From Eledone cirrhosa (lineage: Eukaryota), in contig OZ024743.1 of assembly GCA_964016885.1 (NCBI GenBank), forward strand, positions 274,474,001 to 274,538,000: a stretch of DNA of 64,000 nucleotides, in the 5' to 3' direction. Under the pieces are notes generated by a model. The model was not told the DNA's origin. It saw only the letters and a program-made list of their open reading frames with translations, and ran no database searches. The position numbers and the translations under genes were made by a program. Shown here in pieces: positions 55,976-64,000 of the stretch. The stretch's first letter is position 1. Each line of letters starts with the position of its first letter.

Positions 55976-56062
55976 CAGGGTGTCCCAAAATTGTATACGC
56001 ACTTTGATTACCTGTACAGGCAATATTTATTAGAATGGTGTATACATTTTTGGGACACCTTG
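55976..56062. mobile_element. Tc1/mariner-type mini-MITE
   Basis: TIR cagggtgtcccaaaattgtatac / gtatacatttttgggacaccttg. Confidence 0.78.
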
Positions 56063-56064
56063 CA

Positions 56065-56134
<70 letters not shown>

Positions 56135-56532
56135 GTTATATGCATGTATGTGTGTATGTGTGGGCAAGTGTACATATATATGTATGTATATATTTCATGT
56201 CATATTCGCCTTGCTACGCCTAATTCCGATTCCGATCCCATATCTTCACTTACATATAGCAACAGACGTTCCAAAATCCTCCCTCTATTCCATCGTGATA
56301 ATCAAACCCTAACCCAAAGCTTAACATTTATCATTCGTGAAATTTGTACGTAAAAAAATAATAAAAGTAAATCGAAAAAAAACAAAAAAAACATAGCAAA
56401 ACAAGATAAAAATGTATATGATATTTAAGCTTCGATTAAACATAATACTTTGCTGAAATGTATCTTGAACGCCCCTTTAAGTCTTCAACATTTATATACA
56501 CTCAGATAAACACACACACACACACACACACA

Positions 56533-56672
<140 letters not shown>

Positions 56673-58216
56673 CATAACCAAAACTAAGTGACCCATTCAT
56701 GGACATTGTAAATATGTGATCATGAACATCATATTAATAAGGATATATATATATATATAATATGTGTAAGAGTGTGCATACATGTATATACATATACATA
56801 CATAACCATGGCTCTGCCCTGTATCATTGCAGCTTTCTTTATGTTGAAACAGGATATGCTTCTTTTAAGTATATTTTACTAATCCTTTGTAATTCATTGG
56901 AATAATATGTTCCCCAAGTCTGGCGGCTTTGCAGAAATTTCGTGTCTTATCTTATGAATGAGATGGTGTTTAGATCCTTTAGGTTTACTGTTTTGTTATT
57001 ATAAGAGAGAATTTCGTGTAAGCTGATTTATTGTCATCTGTTCTCCCAGTTATAAACTAACACTAGAAATATATTTGACATCTTGTTATAACAGTACAAA
57101 GTACAACATATTTTACTCATCGTTGACTAACCTTCAAATGTGTGATGTAAGTAGCAAATCCGTAAACCAACATTAAAGTAATAAAATTATGACTATTTTC
57201 TTCATTGGACAAACAACTACCATATCACTGGTTGAAGGCTTTCTGAATGTTCATGAAATTAATCAAAACAAAATTTGATAGAGAAAAAACATTAATTAAA
57301 ACCAAAATATTTCATATTAGATAACCAGATATAATCAGCATTGGTTAAATGTAATTTAAATAATTCTACCAAACATACATTATAATCAAACTACCAACCA
57401 CATTCTCAAATGGATATGTCAATGAAAATTGATATACGAATTTTCATAGTTACTATGCCTCGTCATAGTAACTGTTCACTGGATTCAGCTAGTAAATGAC
57501 TAAACAAAAATACAAATAGCTTATCCTATCACCACAAATTAACATCAACCAGATTAAGAAGGAGCTCAGACTGCTTAAGTGGCAGCGACATCTCCACAAA
57601 ATATCAGTCTATCGCCTTAAAAAATTGTAAAAATATACGGAATCGAACAAGTCTTGGAAATAATATGCCACAAAAAATATACGATGGAAAAAAAAGAAGA
57701 AAAATGAAACCATTAGCGGTCGCAGTTGAAATGAAGATCGGACGATGAAAAAATTTAACTGTGAGTAAAAACCTGATGTTAATAATTAGAAAGTACCAAC
57801 AACAGTGACTACAAATGCGAGACAGACACAACAGCATTCTCATAACTCTCTCGTCTGCAGTAACAAATACGAATAAGCCTCTAACACATTTCACTCGGCA
57901 AGATGACATAAGAAAGGTTATGAAATGTCGATGGACATAGGAAATATGTTGTTCACAAAAATATCAAGGAATGTGAAAAGAAAATATTAATTCTAAGTTA
58001 AAACTGAAGCATAGCCGTGTATGAAAACACAAACATACATACACACATATATATAAAGTCATGTATGGATATATATGTGTGTGTATTATGTATGTTTGCA
58101 TGTATGTATCTATGTATGCATGTGTGAATGTACATTAATAATCAAATGTATATATATACACACAAACACACACAAACATATATATATATATATATATATA
58201 TATGCATATAAATAAA

Positions 58217-58266
<50 letters not shown>

Positions 58267-58297
58267 ATTCTAGTTACACGTTTTAGACATTCCTTAT

Positions 58298-58342
58298 GCT
58301 CCGATGATTACAGACTTCCCTCTGGAAGAAACAATTGTCAGC
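58298..58342 (+). ncRNA. Hammerhead-like motif with CCGANGA core (family E; related motif at 50215-50262)
   Basis: gct-CCGATGA-ttacaga cttccc tctggaa-GAAA-caatt-GTC-agc. Confidence 0.55.
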
Positions 58343-58539
58343 TAATAAATGTTTTAAACTAAAATTTGATCGTTTTAACACTTTGTATATATATATATAA
58401 CCAAAAGTTTATATGGTTCGTTGATTATTCAACGAATTCAATTTTACAATAGATTAGAAGCACTCGACAAACATTTATCTGCAGTATCTATAATATTATT
58501 CAAAATATTAACAAATGAGAAATGTTATCATAACCAAAG

Positions 58540-58610
58540 TATATATTTTATTATACATATTTCAAAGGTACAATGGTGTTTCAGTACGTTTTCATCAGAT
58601 AAAATATATA
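58540..58610 (-). ncRNA. Type-I hammerhead ribozyme (family A), left arm
   Basis: Exact mirror of 58744-58814. Confidence 0.8.
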
Positions 58611-58743
58611 AGAGACTGGATATACGACATACCCCTAAGGTCTTGAATCTTCAATTCCTGTAGTGGTAGTCCTGTAGTGGTAGACTACCACTACAGGAAT
58701 TGAAGATTCAAGACCTTAGGGGTATGTCGTATAACCAATCTCT

Positions 58744-58814
58744 TATATATTTTATCTGATGAAAACGTACTGAAACACCATTGTACCTTTGAAATATGTA
58801 TAATAAAATATATA
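58744..58814 (+). ncRNA. Type-I hammerhead ribozyme (family A), right arm
   Basis: tatatattttat-CTGATGA-aaacgtac..gtaccttt-GAAA-tatgt-ATA-ataaaatatata, with a 12-bp stem I. Confidence 0.8.
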
Positions 58815-59051
58815 CTTTGGTTATGATAATATTTCTCATTTATTAATATTTTGAATAATATTATAGATACTCCAGATAAATGTTTGTCGAGTGCTTCTAA
58901 TCTATTGTAAAATTGAATTCGTTAAATAATCAACGAACCATATAAACTTTGGGTCATATTTTGCTCCCTGAAGGTAGAGCGCTTATTCTACAATAGATTC
59001 TAAATAAATGATGGAATTCTTCAGGATTTCTACATTATTCAAGGATATACC

Positions 59052-59139
<88 letters not shown>

Positions 59140-59269
59140 TAGATAATTATATATGTATATATATAGATAATTTTATATATATATATATATATTTGTATAT
59201 ATATATATATTTATACATATATACTTATATATATACATATATATATATATATAATTATACATATATACT

Positions 59270-59303
<34 letters not shown>

Positions 59304-60345
59304 CAAATATATATATATATTTATATATAATTTTATATATATTTATATATATAATAATATATAAATATTTATTTAACTTAATTCTATATAGACAGCCATG
59401 TACCCTTACACACACACACACACACGCATACGTAAATATAGACACAGATTTATATATTTATGCATTCACATACACATAAATACATGACTTATCCATGCAT
59501 AATAAACACAATATCTATATAATATATACGTCTACAAAAACCTGATCCCATATGCTCGCCTCAAATGTTAACCATTTTGCTGTTTGTCATTCAAATATTG
59601 TATTAGAAAAGAAACGTTCAATATTTGGCCATTGACAAAAGTGTATCTCTATGTATGCTTGTGAATATTTCACCCTGTGTATGCATGTATGCATAGATGT
59701 GGGTGATTGCGCGTATGTATACGTGTATTTGTGTGTATATACGCATATGTATATACGCATATGTTTGTATGTTTGTGTGCTTGTGTATGTATGTTTGGGC
59801 ATATAATTTATTTTGTGCATATGTGCATGACGTGTAAAAGTGCATGTGAAACGAAATAAGCGAAAATTGCCACATTTTGATGTTTGATGTTTGAAAAAAG
59901 CTTCATAAAATGTTCCATTCTCCTCAGCGCCGCTCATTTTGTTTCATTAATTAATTAAAGTTGTGGTTTGTTTGTTTTTTTTTTGGGTTTTTTATCCAAT
60001 CAAATTTCTGCTCTTTTTACATTGTCTGATTTTTTTATTATTATAAATAATTTTATTTATATTTGTTTTTTCTTCTGATTTTGATATTTTTTTCTTTTCT
60101 TTTACTCCGATTAATTTGGCGAAATATATTTGTATATTTGATGCGGGGAATTAATAATACAAAAATGATAATAACAATAACAATACAGATAATTGTTTCT
60201 TTGTGATTTTTAGAAGAAAAAAAACCAATGTTAATATGTTTAAATCCAGATTTCTGTCTATTAAAGAAGTTTTAAGCTGATATATTTTTAAACAATGAAA
60301 TATACAGAAATTAAATGAATTAAGTTATATAGAACTGCGTGTGTG

Positions 60346-60396
<51 letters not shown>

Positions 60397-60413
60397 ATTT
60401 ATACACATACTTT

Positions 60414-60490
<77 letters not shown>

Positions 60491-60594
60491 TATATATATA
60501 GAGACATATATATATATGTACATAAATATATATATATATATATGTATATTTATGTACATATAGATATATGTCTATATATATATATGTATATATA

Positions 60595-60651
<57 letters not shown>

Positions 60652-60801
60652 AAAGTATGTGTATAAATCAATTCGTTAAGAAAAATAGACAAGGCGTGAT
60701 TAGAAAAACTTATTTAATTATACAATTATACATTCTAACACGTGTTTCATCGAGTTACGTCACACACACTTATATATATATATTTGTGTGTGTGTATAAT
60801 A

Positions 60802-60942
<141 letters not shown>

Positions 60943-60984
60943 GTGTATGTATTAATGTGTATGTATATATGTATGTATTAGGTT

Positions 60985-61480
60985 ACACAGAATGTTCTCT
61001 CCGTTTTTCTCACTTTTATTCACTTTGAGATTTTTTTAATACGAGTAAACCTTTATTAGTCAAAATAATCGCCATCTTTCGCGATTATCATTTTCCCTCG
61101 TTTAGGAAGGCCCTTAGTTCCATCCCAGTAAAATTCTTCTGGATTCGATGCAAAAGATTCCGTCAGCCGCTGATTTAACTTGTCTTCATTGGCGAAGAAT
61201 CATCAAGGAATCACACAGGACCATGCTATGGGCGCACCTGTTCGGTTTTCGTCGTTAATCTGTCAAGTTGTTGGCAATAGACGCCATATGTTATACTGGT
61301 AGGAGCAACTCCTAGTAGATGACACTTTTCCTGTCCCACCAAACGTTCAGTAGGTCCTTGCGAGAGTGGAAGCCAGCCTTTGCTTGCCTTTGTGTCACAC
61401 TCACCTTATCAACACACGATCGCTTGCACTTGATATTAATGTGGAAACACCATTTTTCTTCAGCAGTGGAACGTAACCAG
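60985..61480 (-). pseudogene. Mariner transposase remnant
   Basis: Minus-strand TAEEKWCFHIN.K.KRS...KAGFHSRKDLLNVWWD..SVIY corresponds to TGDEKW...LHPKK.ML.VWW, and FYWDG..GLPKR....IAKDGDYF to the mariner C-terminus. The first catalytic D is lost, with stops and deletions. Confidence 0.85.
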
Positions 61481-61739
61481 TTAGTTTGTGATGGTATGAG
61501 GGCAAAGAATTCGCAGCTGCCGGTCGACCTTCGCAATCAGGTTCAGTCAGATTGTGGGCCACCCATTAGTTCAGCTACCCTATTGTATGCAAGTGGTAGA
61601 CGATGGCTGTTTTCTACGCCCAGACAGAGTGGACTGTAATCATGACTGTAATCACCGGTACGGAAGCATGCGAACCCATCCCTGGCACTGCATTCAGACA
61701 TGACGTGTGACCCAAATGCATTATTTATGTAACGACTAA

Positions 61740-61950
61740 GGGCGGTGGATTGGCAGTATCGGTAGAGGGTCGGACGCCATGCTTTGCAACTCAGAGTTAC
61801 GGACCTTTATGATCTGAGTTCAAATCCCGCCGAGGTTAACTTTGTCTTTCATCCTTATGGGGTCGATAAAATAAAGTACCAGTCATGCATTCGGGTCGAT
61901 TTAATCGACTTTCCCCTCCTCCCAAATTTGCTGGCCTTGTGCCTAAATCA
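61740..61950 (+). mobile_element. Major SINE copy
   Basis: Full head, A/B boxes and core. Confidence 0.85.
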
Positions 61951-62215
61951 GACTGTGATTCTGTATCCTCATGACTTCGCGAATGACTAAAACTCTGAAC
62001 GAATGCAGGGTTCACACTGCCCACTTGCGTAGTAATTACTATTCAGTCACATTTTATATCAAGACAAGAGTGTGAGGCGTATTAAACAAATAAAAACGAT
62101 AGTGGTAATGCACTTGCTAATGTCTTTCTCAGGGTAAGTATATCGACAAAATATGTAAACACCGTCGACGAAGCCTATAAACCAGTATATTCAGTTTTAA
62201 AAAGAAACCATTATT

Positions 62216-62258
<43 letters not shown>

Positions 62259-62261
62259 ATA

Positions 62262-62450
62262 GGGGGGTGGATTGGCAGTATCGGTAGAGTGTCGGACGCC
62301 ATGCTTTCCAGCATAGTTACGTCCCTTTACAATCTGAGTTCAAATCCCCCCGAGGTTGACTTTGCCTTTCATCCTTACGGGGTCTATAAAATAAAGTACC
62401 AGTAATGCACTGGGTAATTGCTGGCCTTGTGCCAAAAGTAGAAACAATTA
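62262..62450 (+). mobile_element. Major SINE copy next to (TA)n
   Basis: Nearly identical to 3132-3314. Confidence 0.85.
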
Positions 62451-62753
62451 TTTAGGCCAGATTTAAAGTCATAAATTAAACAGCCACGAATAAAAGATGG
62501 GTATAGATTCATGTTGTGTCCCCTTTGACGGCGTAACAGAAACTGAGAAATGCACATGGTGCATACCAACGTTACTTCTTATATATGTGCACATGTGCAA
62601 CCTTCAATATTTCCAGAAAACTCGACCAAAATACGTCCTTTCGAAAAACGGCGGGAACGCACTGTCCAAACCCAAAATATATCTATATATGTATATACAT
62701 ATATAAACATATATATGTATGTATGTATGTATATATGTATTTATGTATGTATG

Positions 62754-62784
<31 letters not shown>

Positions 62785-62811
62785 ATATTATATGTGTGTA
62801 CATATTTGATG

Positions 62812-62855
<44 letters not shown>

Positions 62856-62879
62856 TATATGTGTACATATTTGATGATG

Positions 62880-62913
<34 letters not shown>

Positions 62914-63141
62914 ATATATATATAGGAAAAATATGACCACGACGACAGAGCTCAAGCCGTTTCGACGGCTATTTCTAGACTAGCCGTAGAAACGGCTTGA
63001 GCTCTTCCGTCGGGTTGATACTTTTTTCCTATTACCCACTCTACTACCCTAAGTATTGAGTACTCTGGTGCGTTATAGTCCATCTGGTTCCTTACCACAA
63101 CTTCAACGTTATATATATATATATATAATATATATATATAT

Positions 63142-63190
<49 letters not shown>

Positions 63191-63224
63191 TATATATTAT
63201 ATATATATATAATATCATATATAT

Positions 63225-63255
<31 letters not shown>

Positions 63256-63256
63256 A

Positions 63257-63325
<69 letters not shown>

Positions 63326-63674
63326 ACACAGGTGAAGTACATGTCAACTAGACAACATATACAATGTAAAAAGTCAGACAGAGACAAAATCACTGGAATA
63401 TGTTACTATATGTTTTTAATAATGTTACGAATTTTGTTAAACCCCTTTTCTCTTTGATTTACTTTATTTTTTTATTTGCTATTGTTGCCTCGAATTGTTG
63501 AATTTATACACAATAAAACAAAAGAGAATTGTCAAATATATTGAACGAATTATTGGAGAAAACATATATAAAGTCATGTCAAAATATAATAAAATTCTAT
63601 TTCCCCAAAAATATTGGTTTACTTGTTATTTTTTCTTTGCATTATTTTTCTTGAATGTGTAAGGCAACCTATTT

Positions 63675-63945
63675 AGCTGAATCGGTAATGCCTTGGATAC
63701 CATGGTTCACCGTATAGAGTTACGGTCATTTGTGTTCTGAGTTCAAATCCCGCCAAGGTTAGCTTTGCCTTTTATCCTTAAGGGGTTGATAAAATAAATT
63801 ACCAATAAAGCACTGGGGTCGATTTAATCGACTTTTCCCTCCCCCAAAATTGCTGGCCTTGTGCCTAAATCAGAAACATTATTTCAGCTCTGTGGGTCGA
63901 TAAAGAAAGCAACATCCCAGCCCATTTATTCTGTAGTCCTGTTCC
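63675..63945 (+). mobile_element. SINE copy with extended tail
   Basis: Matches 42310-42540. Confidence 0.75.
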
Positions 63946-64000
63946 CTTCCACCTGTCTCATGCTTGAACTTCTGTTGGATTAAGGGAGAGAGTCTTAAGA

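Larger units (their letters stand above)
58401..58953. repeat. ~550-bp near-perfect palindrome (arms about 270 bp, 11-bp spacer) made from a family-A element
   Basis: 58401-58671 is the reverse complement of 58683-58953. Confidence 0.95.

Overview
AT-rich, microsatellite-dense animal genomic DNA; the repeat landscape looks like an octopus/cephalopod genome (inference). The window holds the last four coding exons (784-822, 4935-5058, 25789-25991, 48172-48269, + strand, phase-consistent GT-AG introns) of a Munc13-4/BAIAP3-family gene: the C2B domain with all five Ca2+-binding Asp, plus the C-terminus. The introns and 3' flank contain tRNA-type SINEs, RTE and CR1 LINE fragments, a mariner remnant, hAT/Tc1/piggyBac-type MITEs, a 75 x 49-bp minisatellite and a large (ACC)-based compound repeat. 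The most striking signal is about a dozen type-I hammerhead-ribozyme motifs (CUGANGA...GAAA...NUH) in several unrelated sequence families. They lie on short elements mostly inserted in (TA)n tracts, often as fold-back pairs. Two flank a Penelope-like GIY-YIG endonuclease ORF, and one related copy starts exactly at the predicted cleavage site. Most ORFs in the supplied track are microsatellite artefacts. All calls were made by eye; no searches or folding programs were run.
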